DNA from: Acidobacteriota bacterium | Lineage (GTDB): Bacteria; Acidobacteriota; Aminicenantia; S016-38 | Direction: 5' to 3' | Assembly: GCA_015486055.1 (NCBI GenBank) | Contig: WFSJ01000018.1 | Coordinates: forward strand, 34,179 to 98,178 | DNA length: 64,000 nt | Shown here: positions 19,533-30,136 of the stretch, piece by piece | How the letters are laid out: every line of letters starts with the position of its first letter | Numbering within the stretch: the first letter of the stretch is position 1 | Program-made: the position numbers and the translations under genes | Notes under the pieces: model-generated | The model's database searches: none | What the model was told of the DNA's origin: nothing | Seen by the model: only the letters and a program-made list of their open reading frames with translations

Positions 19533-21153
19533 AGAAGACTACGAAAAGCTGCTTGAAGACTACAAATTCCAAGTGCCAACGAGCGGGGAGGTCATAAAGG
19601 GAAAGATACTGGAGATAAGAGGTAAGGAAGTAATAGTAGACATAGGTTCAAAGCTTGAAGGCGTCATTCCGCTTGAAGAATTTATGGACTGGAAGGGCGA
19701 AGTTCAGGTTAAGGAAGGGGACGAAGTTGAGGCTATTGTTGAAACAACCTCGGTCAGAGAAGGATATATTCCTCTTTCCAAGAGGAAGCTTGAAGTTAGA
19801 AAGGCCTTGGATAAAATAAATAAAGCTTACAAGGAAGGGAAAGCTATTGAGGGGATGATAGTAAGAAGGGAGAAAAAAGGATTTCTTGTGGATATAGAAG
19901 GAGTGAAGACATTTCTCCCCGGTTCCCAACTCGAACTGAGGCCTGTTAAGGATGCCTATAAATATATAGGAAAGAGTTTCCTTATGAAGATTCTTGATAT
20001 AAGGAAGACAAGAAACTCTATGTCAATAATAGTCTCGAGGAGAGTCCTTGTAGAGGATGAATTCAAAAGGAGGAAGGAAGAAGTTCTCTCAAGCATTAAA
20101 GAGGGAGAGTGGCGCAAGGGTACTGTTAAGAACTTAACAGATTTTGGGGTGTTCGTAAATCTTGGGGGGATAGATGGACTTTTACCTCTCAGTGAAATGA
20201 GCTGGGGGAGGGTGAATGACCCAAGGAAATTCTTCAAAGAAGGGGACGAAGTAGAAGTTCTTATTCTTAAATTTGATCCTGAGAAGGAAAAAATAATACT
20301 CGGATACAAGCAGAAGACCCCAGATCCATGGGAAAATATAGAGGAAAAGTACAAGAAGGGAGATAGAATTAGCGGCAGGGTGGTGAGCTTGACTGATTTT
20401 GGTGCTTTTATAGAGCTCGAAAATGGGGTCGAAGGCCTTATCAGAAACAGGGAACTGACCTGGAGCGAGCATATAAAGGACCCACATCAGATTATGAGCG
20501 AAGGAGAAATTGTGGAGGTAGAAGTCCTTTATGTTGACCCAAAAGAGAGGAAAATAGCTCTTAGTTATAAGAGGACCTTTCCCACCCCTATTGAGGTTTT
20601 TTCATCCGCTCATAGTGTAGGCGAGGTTTTAAAGGGCAAAGTGAAGGACATAAAGGATTTTGGGGCATTTATTGAGCTGGAACCTGGGGTTGAGGCCCTG
20701 ATGAGGAAATCCGATTTTTCCTGGGAAAGGGTTGATGACTTGAACGAGTATTTGAAGCAAGACGATGAGATGGAGGTTAAGATACTTGAGCTAAATCCCA
20801 AGGAAAGGAAAATAAGGGTTGGCAAAAAGCAACTGGTTGAAGATCCCTTTGAGGACTTTGCGGAGGAACATTCTGAAGGAGAGACAATTGAGGGGAAGGT
20901 GATAAATATTATAGAAAAAGGAATAATCTTGGAATTCGTCCCAGGCGTTACTTCCCTATTACCTAAAGGGAAGAAAGAATTTTCAATCGGGGATGTTCTG
21001 AAGGTCAATATAGTTTTGATAGATAAGAACAGGAGAAGATTGAAAGTTTCATGGATAGCAAGGAAAAAGAGAGAACACAGGGAACGGAAGGAAAATAAAG
21101 ACACCAAAAATCCTACCCTTGGAGACCTTTTGCCTGATCATCTGAAGAAATGA
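19507..21153 (+). CDS. rpsA: 30S ribosomal protein S1 (multiple S1 domains)
   Basis: 548 aa with five or six S1 repeats (GxV..I..fGaFV.L..g.eGL.h.SE). Overlaps the ispH 3' end by 26 nt. Confidence 0.85.
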   Translation: MAEGKRKGEEDYEKLLEDYKFQVPTSGEVIKGKILEIRGKEVIVDIGSKLEGVIPLEEFMDWKGEVQVKEGDEVEAIVETTSVREGYIPLSKRKLEVRKALDKINKAYKEGKAIEGMIVRREKKGFLVDIEGVKTFLPGSQLELRPVKDAYKYIGKSFLMKILDIRKTRNSMSIIVSRRVLVEDEFKRRKEEVLSSIKEGEWRKGTVKNLTDFGVFVNLGGIDGLLPLSEMSWGRVNDPRKFFKEGDEVEVLILKFDPEKEKIILGYKQKTPDPWENIEEKYKKGDRISGRVVSLTDFGAFIELENGVEGLIRNRELTWSEHIKDPHQIMSEGEIVEVEVLYVDPKERKIALSYKRTFPTPIEVFSSAHSVGEVLKGKVKDIKDFGAFIELEPGVEALMRKSDFSWERVDDLNEYLKQDDEMEVKILELNPKERKIRVGKKQLVEDPFEDFAEEHSEGETIEGKVINIIEKGIILEFVPGVTSLLPKGKKEFSIGDVLKVNIVLIDKNRRRLKVSWIARKKREHRERKENKDTKNPTLGDLLPDHLKK

Positions 21154-21656
21154 AATATATATACGCTCCATGGAGGTGGAAATATATAAAAAGGGCTATA
21201 AAGGGAGAAAAAACATGCATATTCTGCGATGCCCTTAAAAAGGAAGATGATGAGGCATTCATCCTTTATAGAGGGGAGAAAAACCTGATAATGATGAACA
21301 TTTACCCTTATAACAATGGGCATATAATGATAGCCCCTAAAGAACACATTCGAACACCAGCGGATGCGCCCTTAGAGGTAATGTATGAAATGTCTTTTCT
21401 TATCCAGGCTTCTCTCAGGGCATTAGGAATTCTCTTTTCTCCCCATGGATTTAATATAGGGATGAATGTGGGGAGAACGGCAGGTGCTGGCGTGGTAGAG
21501 CATTTCCATCTTCATATAGTTCCAAGATGGGAAGGAGATTCAAATTTCGTCTCTGTTTTCTCGGATACCAAGATCGTTGCTATGGATGTAAAGACGGTTT
21601 ACCAAAGATTGAAACCAGTTCTCTTAAAAGAGATAAATCTTATAAAGAAAGACTAA
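21150..21656 (+). CDS. HIT-family nucleotide hydrolase/transferase
   Basis: Histidine-triad motif HFHLHIVPRW. N-terminal CIFC zinc-binding-like motif. ATGA overlap with the rpsA stop. Confidence 0.8.
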   Translation: MKYIYAPWRWKYIKRAIKGEKTCIFCDALKKEDDEAFILYRGEKNLIMMNIYPYNNGHIMIAPKEHIRTPADAPLEVMYEMSFLIQASLRALGILFSPHGFNIGMNVGRTAGAGVVEHFHLHIVPRWEGDSNFVSVFSDTKIVAMDVKTVYQRLKPVLLKEINLIKKD

Positions 21657-21675
21657 AGAAATCTTATAATACCTA

Positions 21676-21704
21676 TTGAAAAATTTTCCCTATTGTTATA
21701 TAAT
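21676..21704 (+). promoter_or_regulatory. Near-consensus sigmaA promoter upstream of dnaK (TTGAAA-17 nt-TATAAT)
   Basis: Read directly. An AGGAGG SD lies 8 nt before the dnaK ATG. No CIRCE inverted repeat seen. Confidence 0.5.
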
Positions 21705-21736
21705 ATTTTTGTAAAAAAGAAATTAGGAGGAAAGAA

Positions 21737-23656
21737 ATGGGAAAGATAATAGGAATTGATCTTGGAACAACTAATTCTGTTGTGGCTGTCATGGAGGGTT
21801 CTGAGGTAAAAGTAATACAGAACCAAGAAGGGCAGAGAACTACCCCATCAATAGTAGCATTTCTCAAAGATGGGCAGATAATAGTAGGTCTCCCAGCTAA
21901 GAGGCAGGCAATAACAAATCCAGAAAGCACTGTGTATTCAATAAAAAGATTTATGGGAAGAAGGTATGATGAGGTTACCGAAGAGATAAAGATGGTTACC
22001 TATAAAGTTAGAAAGGGCCCACACGATGATGCAAGAGTCGAAGCGATGGGAAAGATGTATTCCCCTCCCGAAATTTCGGCAAAGGTTCTGATGAAACTTA
22101 AGGAAGCGGCAGAAGATTATCTGGGTGAAAAGGTTGCAGATGCAGTAATAACAGTTCCTGCATATTTTAATGATGCACAGAGGCAGGCTACAAAGGATGC
22201 AGGAACAATAGCAGGGCTTAATGTCAAGAGGATAATAAATGAGCCTACGGCGGCTGCCCTCGCTTACGGGCTTGATAAGAAAAAAGACCAGAAGATAGCG
22301 GTTTACGACTTCGGCGGTGGAACCTTTGATATATCAATACTTGAAATAGGCGAGGGTGTAATAGAGGTGAAATCGACGAATGGAAATACTCATCTTGGTG
22401 GAGACAACATTGACCAGAGGGTTATAGATTGGATGATAGAGGAGTTCAAAAAGGATACAGGGATAGACCTGAGGAAGGATAGAATGGCCCTACAGAGGCT
22501 AAAAGATGCGGCAGAGAAAGCAAAGATAGAGCTTTCCTCAACACTTGAGACAGAAATAAACCTTCCTTTTATAACTGCAGATTCATCTGGTCCCAAACAT
22601 CTTGTTATGAAGCTTACAAGGGCCAAGCTTGAATCTCTTATAGAAGATATGCTGAGGATGACTCTTGAGCCTTGCAAACAAGCGCTTGAAGATGCTGGCT
22701 TGAAGCCAGCGGACATTGATGAAATTATTCTTGTGGGTGGTTCCACCAGAATACCCAGGGTTCAACAGCTTGTTAAGGACTTCTTCGGAAAGGAACCCAA
22801 CAAGAGTGTAAATCCTGATGAAGTCGTTGCTGTTGGTGCAGCAATTCAGGGTGCTGTTCTTGGTGGGGAAATGAAGGATATTCTCCTTCTTGATGTAACA
22901 CCTCTTTCCCTTGGTGTTGAAACCCTTGGTGGAGTTGTTACGAGAATTATCCCGAGGAACACGACCATTCCTGTAAGAAAGAGTGAGACCTTTACAACTG
23001 CTGCAGATGGACAGACTTCTGTGGAAATACATGTTCTTCAGGGGGAAAGGGAAATGGCTAAGGACAATAGATCCCTTGGTAAATTCATACTCTCTGGTAT
23101 CCCTCCTGCTCCGAGAGGCATTCCAAAGATAGAAGTTTCCTATGACATAGATGCCAATGGAATACTCCATGTTTCTGCCAAGGACATGGCGACTGGTAAG
23201 CAGCAGAGCATAACAATAACTGGGAGTTCGGGCTTGAGTAAGGAAGAAATAGACAAGATGGTGAAGGAATCCGAAAGCCACAAAGAAGAGGACAGGAAAA
23301 GGAGAGAACTTGTTGAACTCAGGAACAAGGTTGATGCTCTCACCTATGAGCTTGAAAAGCTTGTGAAAGAGAATAAAGAGAAACTTTCCCCTGCCAATGC
23401 TGAGGAAGCTGAAAAGGTTATTTCAAGGTCAAAGGAAGTTCTGAATAGCCAGAATGAAAATGAGCTGAAGAAAGCATTTGATGAACTGAATTCAGTTAGT
23501 TCAAAAATTGCCCAAGAACTTTACTCTAAAGCCCAGGCCTCGCAGAAGAAAACTCAGCCAGAACAGGAGAAAGAGGCCAGCGAAACTTCACAGCAAAAGA
23601 GTTCCTCAGAATCTTCAGAGGATGTTATAGACGCTGAATACGAAGAAGGCAACTGA
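21737..23656 (+). CDS. dnaK: Chaperone DnaK (Hsp70)
   Basis: [27 protein letters not shown]-terminal EEGN-type tail. 639 aa. Confidence 0.95.
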   Translation: MGKIIGIDLGTTNSVVAVMEGSEVKVIQNQEGQRTTPSIVAFLKDGQIIVGLPAKRQAITNPESTVYSIKRFMGRRYDEVTEEIKMVTYKVRKGPHDDARVEAMGKMYSPPEISAKVLMKLKEAAEDYLGEKVADAVITVPAYFNDAQRQATKDAGTIAGLNVKRIINEPTAAALAYGLDKKKDQKIAVYDFGGGTFDISILEIGEGVIEVKSTNGNTHLGGDNIDQRVIDWMIEEFKKDTGIDLRKDRMALQRLKDAAEKAKIELSSTLETEINLPFITADSSGPKHLVMKLTRAKLESLIEDMLRMTLEPCKQALEDAGLKPADIDEIILVGGSTRIPRVQQLVKDFFGKEPNKSVNPDEVVAVGAAIQGAVLGGEMKDILLLDVTPLSLGVETLGGVVTRIIPRNTTIPVRKSETFTTAADGQTSVEIHVLQGEREMAKDNRSLGKFILSGIPPAPRGIPKIEVSYDIDANGILHVSAKDMATGKQQSITITGSSGLSKEEIDKMVKESESHKEEDRKRRELVELRNKVDALTYELEKLVKENKEKLSPANAEEAEKVISRSKEVLNSQNENELKKAFDELNSVSSKIAQELYSKAQASQKKTQPEQEKEASETSQQKSSSESSEDVIDAEYEEGN

Positions 23657-23657
23657 G

Positions 23658-24041
23658 CTATCTGTTAAACCCTAATTCTCCAGGGTTGGATTCTTCCACT
23701 CTTATTGTAAATTTTTTTGAAATGGTTTGATTTTTTAGCTTTACAATTATCAATATATTTACCTGACCAGGGTTTATAAAACCAAATTCGTGGGTTGCTA
23801 CCCTCTTCCCACAGGTTTTTTCCTTCATTTCGTTTTTGTCACTTGAGAACCCTTTATACCAGTATGACCAACTTATATCCGCGCATTTGTAATTCCTGTT
23901 GAAGAAAATATAGGCAACCACGGAAAGGGGAGCCTTTCCTGCTCTTCTTGAAACATCAATATCAATTCCAGATTTAGAGTAAGGAGAGCAAAAGCTTAAA
24001 ACAATTGCCAGTAAAGAGTAATATAAAAATTTATTGCTCAT
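23658..24041 (-). CDS. Small secreted/lipoprotein-like hypothetical protein
   Basis: 127 aa. Hydrophobic N-terminus with LSFC (possible lipobox Cys). Confidence 0.4.
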   Translation of the reverse strand: MSNKFLYYSLLAIVLSFCSPYSKSGIDIDVSRRAGKAPLSVVAYIFFNRNYKCADISWSYWYKGFSSDKNEMKEKTCGKRVATHEFGFINPGQVNILIIVKLKNQTISKKFTIRVEESNPGELGFNR

Positions 24042-26449
24042 GCCCTATTTTACACCAGGTTGACAGTTTTCTAATAAGGTGGCATACTAAAAAAGTGGAT
24101 ACGAGAATTTATTATATTGCAGCAGGGATCATAATTCTATTTTTCATTTACAAAATCGTGTCCAAAGCCAATATTGATATTGGGAAGGTAATATCCTTTC
24201 TTTTTGGGGAGAAGGAGGCCAAATCCCGCGCAGCAAAGAAAGCTGAGAAAGAAGGGAATTTTGAACTTGCAGCCAAGCTTTATGAAGAGATAGGAGATAC
24301 TGAATCAGTAGAAAAAATTTGCAATAAGGAAGGATTGTATCAAATTGCAGGAGAAATGTTCGAAAGGAAAGGAAATTACGACAAGGCAGCAAGATATTAC
24401 ATCAAGCAGGGAAATTACCAGAGGGCTTCTGACCTCTATATTACGAAACTAAATAACCTTGAGAAAGCAGCCCAAGTTCTCAAGGAATCCAGAAGATATC
24501 ATGAAGCGGCCAAGTTGTATTATGAAAACAAAAAGTATAAGGAGGCCGGGGAACTCTACGAGAAAATAGGATTCCCTCTCAAAGCAGCCTATAGCTTTGA
24601 GCAAATGGGAGATATCAAGAGGGCAGCCCAAAATTATGAAAACTGGTATACTCAGAATTCTTCCTTTGATGTAGGGGAAATAGGTGAAAATGAGGAGAAA
24701 ATACTGAGGAAAGCCATAAAGTTTTACAGAAAAATGGGAGAGAGAGAAAAGGCCCTGAATTTAGCTTTAAGTTTAAAATGGATTTCCTTGGCGGGTGAAC
24801 TTTCGGAGGAATCCGGGGATCTATCAAAGGCTGCAAAGTACTACGAGGAGGCAAGAGACCTTGTAAAGGCTTCTAATGCGTACAGAAAGTTGGGAGATGT
24901 GGAAAGGGCGGAGAGATTATTGGGAGAGCATTTCCTCTCAGAAGGCATACAGGCCGAGGCCGCAAAGCACTTTGAAAAGGGGAGAGATTTTTCAAGGGCA
25001 GCTGAGCTGTATGAATGGAATAACGAGCCTTACAAGGGCGCTGTATGCTATGAGAAAGAGGGACACTGGCTCAAAGCCGGAGAACTTTACATAAAAGCTG
25101 GAGAACTTCGGGAAGGGGCCCGTTGCTTTGAGAAAGCAGGAGAATACCCCAGAGCAGCTGAGGTCTATAAAGAAATGGCTGAAAAAGAAAAGGATACTTC
25201 CAGAAGGAAGGACCTATACAAAGACGCAGAGGAGCTTTATGTGAAAGGGAGAAAATGGTTTGAAGCTGGAAGCATAGCATATTATTCCCTTGATGATTTT
25301 GAATCAGCCGTAGAATATTTACAAAGGCTTGACACTGAAGATCCGAATTTTGAGAAGGCAAGCTTTATGCTGGGTAAACTTTTCTTTGATAGAAAAGAGT
25401 ATGACCTTGCAGAGGAGAGATTTAATGCAGCGTTAAAAGAAGCTCCCATCTCAAAATTAAACCTTGATATATATTATAAATTAGGGCTTATAGCGGAAGA
25501 GAAGGGAGATTACAAGAAGGCTTTTGAAATATTCAGAGCTGTTAGCAGCTTTGACATTCATTACCTTGATGCTAAAGAAAGGATGCAAAAACTTTCCTCT
25601 GCTGTTCAGGAACTCCAGAAGCTTGAATTTATGGCGTCAGCCCCTGGAGAAAGATATAAGATAATAGAAGAAGTAGGGAAAGGAGGCATGGGGACAGTTT
25701 ATAAAGCAGAAGATAGGCTTTTGAGCAGGATAGTTGCTCTCAAGCTTCTTAGGGAAGCTCTCACTTTGAACAAAAGAGCTCTTGAAAGATTTATAGCAGA
25801 AGCAAGAACGGCTGCAAAACTGTCGCATCCCAATATCGTTATTGTATATGATGTGGGAAGGTTCAACGAGAAGTTTTTTATTGCGATGGAATATCTTGAG
25901 GGTAAAACTTTGCTCAATTATCTCAAAGAAAAGGGCGGATTTACCATAAGACAATTATTATTTATAGCTACGAGACTTTTTTCGGCTCTTTCTTATGCTC
26001 ACAAGAATAGAGTTATCCATAGAGATATAAAACCCCAAAACATAATACTGACAAAAGATAAAAAAATCAAAGTCATGGATTTTGGCCTTGCGATTCTATC
26101 TTCTGAAATAGACAAGGAAAGGGGAAGGATAACAGGGACTCCATATTATATGTCCCCCGAACAATGTAAAGGGATAGCGGTGGATGAAAGAAGCGATATA
26201 TACTCTGCAGGAGCCACTCTGTATCATCTTCTTGTTAATCGGCCCCCCTTTCATGCAAAAAGGAGAGAAGAAATTATAAGAAAACAGGTTGAGGAATTAC
26301 CTGTGTCTCCCTCCGCCTTCAGGCGAAACATCCCTCCTGAGTTTGAGGAGCTTGTTATGAAATGTTTAGCAAAGGAGAGGGGGAAAAGGTTCCAAAGTGC
26401 AAAAGAAGCTATTGAGGTTCTTGAAATTATAAGAAAGAAATATTTTTAA
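24005..26449 (+). CDS. Membrane-anchored Ser/Thr protein kinase with N-terminal Sel1/TPR-like repeat region and C-terminal Hanks-type kinase domain. The true start may be a GTG near 24093
   Basis: TM segment YYIAAGIIILFFIYKIV. About 19-20-aa A-x-x-Y-x-x-x-G repeats. Kinase motifs GKGGMGTVYKA, VALKLL, HRDIKPQNIIL, DFGLA, SPEQ. Confidence 0.8.
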   Translation: MPVKSNIKIYCSCPILHQVDSFLIRWHTKKVDTRIYYIAAGIIILFFIYKIVSKANIDIGKVISFLFGEKEAKSRAAKKAEKEGNFELAAKLYEEIGDTESVEKICNKEGLYQIAGEMFERKGNYDKAARYYIKQGNYQRASDLYITKLNNLEKAAQVLKESRRYHEAAKLYYENKKYKEAGELYEKIGFPLKAAYSFEQMGDIKRAAQNYENWYTQNSSFDVGEIGENEEKILRKAIKFYRKMGEREKALNLALSLKWISLAGELSEESGDLSKAAKYYEEARDLVKASNAYRKLGDVERAERLLGEHFLSEGIQAEAAKHFEKGRDFSRAAELYEWNNEPYKGAVCYEKEGHWLKAGELYIKAGELREGARCFEKAGEYPRAAEVYKEMAEKEKDTSRRKDLYKDAEELYVKGRKWFEAGSIAYYSLDDFESAVEYLQRLDTEDPNFEKASFMLGKLFFDRKEYDLAEERFNAALKEAPISKLNLDIYYKLGLIAEEKGDYKKAFEIFRAVSSFDIHYLDAKERMQKLSSAVQELQKLEFMASAPGERYKIIEEVGKGGMGTVYKAEDRLLSRIVALKLLREALTLNKRALERFIAEARTAAKLSHPNIVIVYDVGRFNEKFFIAMEYLEGKTLLNYLKEKGGFTIRQLLFIATRLFSALSYAHKNRVIHRDIKPQNIILTKDKKIKVMDFGLAILSSEIDKERGRITGTPYYMSPEQCKGIAVDERSDIYSAGATLYHLLVNRPPFHAKRREEIIRKQVEELPVSPSAFRRNIPPEFEELVMKCLAKERGKRFQSAKEAIEVLEIIRKKYF

Positions 26450-26466
26450 ATAATGGAGGATAAAAA

Positions 26467-27483
26467 ATGACTGAAGATACGGAGAGGGAAAAGAAACTAA
26501 AAGCTGCTATGGACTATATAGAGAAGGCTTTTGGAAAAGGCTCAATAATGAAGCTCGGGGAGAAGGGACCTCATGTAAGTGTGGATGTTATCCCTTCTGG
26601 GAGTATAAGATTGGATGCTGCCATGGGCATAGGGGGCTTTCCAAGGGGAAGGGTGACAGAAATATATGGTCAGGAAGCTTCTGGGAAAACTACTCTCGCC
26701 CTCCATGCAATAGCGGAAGCTCAGAGGGACGGGGGTAAAGCGGCCTTTTTAGATGTGGAACATGCTCTTGATCCAAATTATGCGCGGGCACTTGGAGTAA
26801 ATGTTGAAGAACTCCTTATTTCTCAGCCCGACTACGGGGAGCAGGCCCTTGAAATAGCTGAGATTCTTGTAAGAAGTGGAGCAGTAGAGCTTATAGTAGT
26901 AGATTCTGTAGCAGCTCTTGTTCCAAAAGCTGAACTTGAAGGAGATATGGGAGATTCACATATGGGGCTTATGGCAAGACTTATGAGTCAGGCTCTTAGA
27001 AAGCTGGCAGGAATAGTTAACAAATCAAACACAGCCCTTATGTTCATAAATCAAGTCAGGGAAAAGATCGGTGTGGTTTTTGGGAATCCTGAAACGACGA
27101 CAGGAGGAAAGGCCCTGAAGTTCTATTCTTCTCTAAGGGTGGAGGTCAAAAAACAGGCTTCCATAAAGCAGGGAGATACTGTTATTGGGAACTATGTAAG
27201 AGCGAAGATTGTAAAGAACAAGCTCGCTCCCCCCTTCAGGGAGACTACACTTGAGCTTATTTATGGGAAAGGAATAGACAGACTCGGAGATATTTTAGAT
27301 GCTGCTGTTAGTGTAGGCCTTATCGAAAAGGCTGGATCTTGGTATTCCTATAAAAATGAGAGAATCGGCCAGGGAAGGGATAACATAAAGAAACTTCTGG
27401 GTTCAAAGCCTGAGCTTTTAGAGGAAATAGAACTGGAGACGAGGAAAAGACTTGGGCTTATTTCAGAAGCTCAGAGTTCTTGA
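26467..27483 (+). CDS. recA: Recombinase RecA
   Basis: [12 protein letters not shown]-like Walker A ([12 protein letters not shown]) and the rest of the conserved RecA core. Confidence 0.95.
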   Translation: MTEDTEREKKLKAAMDYIEKAFGKGSIMKLGEKGPHVSVDVIPSGSIRLDAAMGIGGFPRGRVTEIYGQEASGKTTLALHAIAEAQRDGGKAAFLDVEHALDPNYARALGVNVEELLISQPDYGEQALEIAEILVRSGAVELIVVDSVAALVPKAELEGDMGDSHMGLMARLMSQALRKLAGIVNKSNTALMFINQVREKIGVVFGNPETTTGGKALKFYSSLRVEVKKQASIKQGDTVIGNYVRAKIVKNKLAPPFRETTLELIYGKGIDRLGDILDAAVSVGLIEKAGSWYSYKNERIGQGRDNIKKLLGSKPELLEEIELETRKRLGLISEAQSS

Positions 27484-28582
27484 AGCTTCTTCCTGCAGAA
27501 AATTCCCTCATGTCAAGGCCCCATGTTCCCTCTGTTATTTTGTTGGCTAATGCCCAGCCGACACCAGGGCCGAGCATAAACCCATGTCCGCTCATCCCAC
27601 TCCCAACATAAAAACCCTCAAGGTCTGTTTCGTCCACAATTGGACTTCCATCAGGGGTCATAGTATATGCGCCAGCCCACTGCCTAAGGACCTGAGCTTC
27701 TGAAAGTGCTGGAATTACCCTGGCCATTCTAAAGCTCATCTCTTTCAAGAACTGGAATGTGGAGTCAATTCTTCTCCCTGGGACCCTTGGCTCAGGAGTG
27801 TAGCACCCTATTATCTGGCCGTTTGATCTCTGCTGGAAATAGCACCCATCCTTTCTGTAGTCAACAATCATCGGGAGTGACATTCTCTTGCACCTTGTCG
27901 TTATGAAGGCTTCGTGTCTTTCAGGATAAAATGGAAGAGAAAGCCCTGCCATTTTCCCAACTTCTCCTGCCCATGGTCCGGCAGCATTTACAACGACATC
28001 GCTGTAAATTTTTTCTCCACCTTCAAGTTCCGCCCCTTTTGCCCTTCCACCTTCCTGGATTATTCCTACAACCTTTGTCCTTTTTCTTATCTCACCTCCT
28101 TTGGAAATTCCAAGGGCGAGGCCTTTTAAAACATAAAAAGGATAAGCCTGTCCGTCTTCAGGGGAATAAGCTCCACCGATTATTCCCTCATCCTCTATTT
28201 CGGGAATCAGCTTTTTAACTTCCTTTCTACCCATGAAGTTCACCTTAAGCCCAAAACTTTTCTGAAGCTTTATAGCTTTAAGGAACTTTTCCTTCTCTTC
28301 TTCTGTAAAAGCGAGGAAAAGATATCCAGACTTTTCAAACTCAACTGAGAACCCGAATTCCTCTTTCATTAAGGAAAAGAGTTCTACAGATTTTATGGCG
28401 AGCTTTATGGAGCAAGGAGTTGAGAACTGCTGCCTTATTCCACCTATACACCTTCCTGAGGATCCTGAGCCTAATCCTTCCTTTTCAAGGACAATGACCT
28501 TTTTCCCCTTCTTTGTTAGATAATAAGCGGTTGACAGACCAATCATACCGCCACCAATTATTATTGCATCCCAGTATTTCAT
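27458..28582 (-). CDS. FAD-dependent oxidoreductase of the DAO family (glycine oxidase ThiO / sarcosine oxidase beta-like)
   Basis: N-terminal dinucleotide fold [18 protein letters not shown]...VIVLEK. 374 aa. Confidence 0.7.
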   Translation of the reverse strand: MKYWDAIIIGGGMIGLSTAYYLTKKGKKVIVLEKEGLGSGSSGRCIGGIRQQFSTPCSIKLAIKSVELFSLMKEEFGFSVEFEKSGYLFLAFTEEEKEKFLKAIKLQKSFGLKVNFMGRKEVKKLIPEIEDEGIIGGAYSPEDGQAYPFYVLKGLALGISKGGEIRKRTKVVGIIQEGGRAKGAELEGGEKIYSDVVVNAAGPWAGEVGKMAGLSLPFYPERHEAFITTRCKRMSLPMIVDYRKDGCYFQQRSNGQIIGCYTPEPRVPGRRIDSTFQFLKEMSFRMARVIPALSEAQVLRQWAGAYTMTPDGSPIVDETDLEGFYVGSGMSGHGFMLGPGVGWALANKITEGTWGLDMREFSAGRSFKNSELLK

Positions 28583-28780
28583 ATAAACATTCTAAATAAA
28601 AGTTTCTCCTGAGGTCAAAAGAATGTTATTTAGCACTGAGGTGAAAAGAAAGTCCGAAGGTTCTGAGAACTCCATCCATAAATTTAATTTTCTGTTCCTA
28701 TAATAAAATAAGATTGAAAAAAGAGGAAAATTTTGTTAAGCTGTGCTTGTGAAAGTTAGAACTTTAACAAGAGGAAAGAA

Positions 28781-29404
28781 TTGATTCCTGAAGCAACAAT
28801 AAGAAGGTTAAGCATTTATCTTCGCTGCTTGCGCTATTCTTTAGCACAGGGAGAGTACATTGTTCAATCTATGGACATTGCAAGAAAATGTAGAGTATCC
28901 AGCTCCTTAATGCGGAAGGACCTTTCCTATTTTGGGGGATTTGGTATAAAGGGCAGGGGTTATGATACGAAAAAGCTCATTGAGGCAATAGAAAGAATAA
29001 TAGGAATACACATTAAAATAAAGTTAATAATAGTAGGGATGGGAAATCTTGGAAGGGCCCTCATCAGGCACTTAAAAGAGATTTCGTACTTCAAGATAAT
29101 AGGTGCCTTTGACAGGGACGAAAGAAAAGTGGGAGGAAAAATAGAGGATGTAGAAGTTTTTCATGAGTCCCGATTACCATCTTTCTTGAGAGAGAGAAAG
29201 CCTGAGATAGCTCTACTTGCAATACCTCCTGAATCCCTTCAGGAAGTTGTGAATCTCCTTGGAGAAGGTGAAATAAAGGGGATTTTAAGTTTCGCCCTTT
29301 CTCCTGTAAAAATTCCAGTGGGGGTGGAGATAAGCTTTGTGGAAATTGCCTCAGAGATAGAATATCTTTCTTACAAGATAAATAAAAGGGGGAGAGAGAA
29401 ATGA
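28781..29404 (+). CDS. rex: Redox-sensing transcriptional repressor Rex
   Basis: MIPEATIRRLSIYLRCL winged-helix N-terminus plus Rossmann IIVGMGNLGRAL. TTG start. The stop overlaps the mrpE ATG (ATGA). Confidence 0.8.
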   Translation: MIPEATIRRLSIYLRCLRYSLAQGEYIVQSMDIARKCRVSSSLMRKDLSYFGGFGIKGRGYDTKKLIEAIERIIGIHIKIKLIIVGMGNLGRALIRHLKEISYFKIIGAFDRDERKVGGKIEDVEVFHESRLPSFLRERKPEIALLAIPPESLQEVVNLLGEGEIKGILSFALSPVKIPVGVEISFVEIASEIEYLSYKINKRGREK

Positions 29405-29886
29405 ATGTTGTAGTATCAACTATAGTTCTCTTTGTAATCTGGGTGATAATGACCCAGAGCTTTGATCCTCAGGAGATGTCCGTTGGCCTTGTGGTTGCTG
29501 CCATAATTAGCCTCATGGCTCCAGGGGTTGCAGGGCCAGAGCCCAGGAAATGGCTTCAGCCAAAAAGGTACATTTACGCATTCATTTACATTTTTTATTT
29601 TCTCTATGCAATGGTTAAAGCCAATATTGATGTTGCTCTTAGAGTTATAAACCCGAAACTTCCCATCAATCCAGGTATTGTGAAGGTGAAGACAAAATTG
29701 AAAACAAATGCAGGGAAACTTGCTCTTGCCAATTCTATTACTCTCACTCCAGGAACGCTTTCTGTAGATATAAAGGGAAAATACTTATACATTCACTGGA
29801 TAGATGTGAAGAAGCCTGACATAGAAGGTGCAAGTCAAGAGATAGTCAGGGGATTTGAAAGATTTTTGGAGGTGATCTTTGAATAG
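29401..29886 (+). CDS. Mrp/Mnh-type cation:proton antiporter subunit E
   Basis: 161 aa MnhE-like (VLFVIWVIMTQSF, LTPGTLSVDI). Confidence 0.75.
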   Translation: MNVVVSTIVLFVIWVIMTQSFDPQEMSVGLVVAAIISLMAPGVAGPEPRKWLQPKRYIYAFIYIFYFLYAMVKANIDVALRVINPKLPINPGIVKVKTKLKTNAGKLALANSITLTPGTLSVDIKGKYLYIHWIDVKKPDIEGASQEIVRGFERFLEVIFE

Positions 29887-30136
29887 CCTTCTAATTATAG
29901 TTTTTGCCTTGGTAAGTCTGGCAACGATTTTGTCAGTTGTGAGAATATTTGTGGGTCCTACAATCTCGGACAGAGCTGTTGGCCTTGATACAGCCACCAC
30001 CATAACTACAGCAATGATAGTTCTCTTCTCTCAGATATTTCATAGGGGAATATTCTTGGATGTTGCTCTGGTTTACGCTGTTCTCGCCTTTTTAGGAGTA
30101 ATTGCCCTTGCTCGTTATCTTGAAGGAGGTGTCTAA
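29879..30136 (+). CDS. Mrp antiporter subunit F
   Basis: 85 aa with three TM, MnhF-like (GPTISDRAVGLDTATTI). Confidence 0.7.
   Translation: MNSLLIIVFALVSLATILSVVRIFVGPTISDRAVGLDTATTITTAMIVLFSQIFHRGIFLDVALVYAVLAFLGVIALARYLEGGV

Noticed and set aside
19342-21107. Antisense ORFs inside ispH/rpsA (19342-19572, 19648-19929, 19956-20354, 20182-20487, 20610-21107, all minus)
   Set aside because: Shadow ORFs of the purine-rich rpsA coding strand. No homology or motifs
22390-23343. Track ORFs 22390-22746(-), 22583-23281(-) and 23140-23343(-), antisense inside dnaK
   Set aside because: Embedded opposite a highly conserved gene. Translations are low-complexity (S/L/R-rich) with no RBS. Typical shadow ORFs
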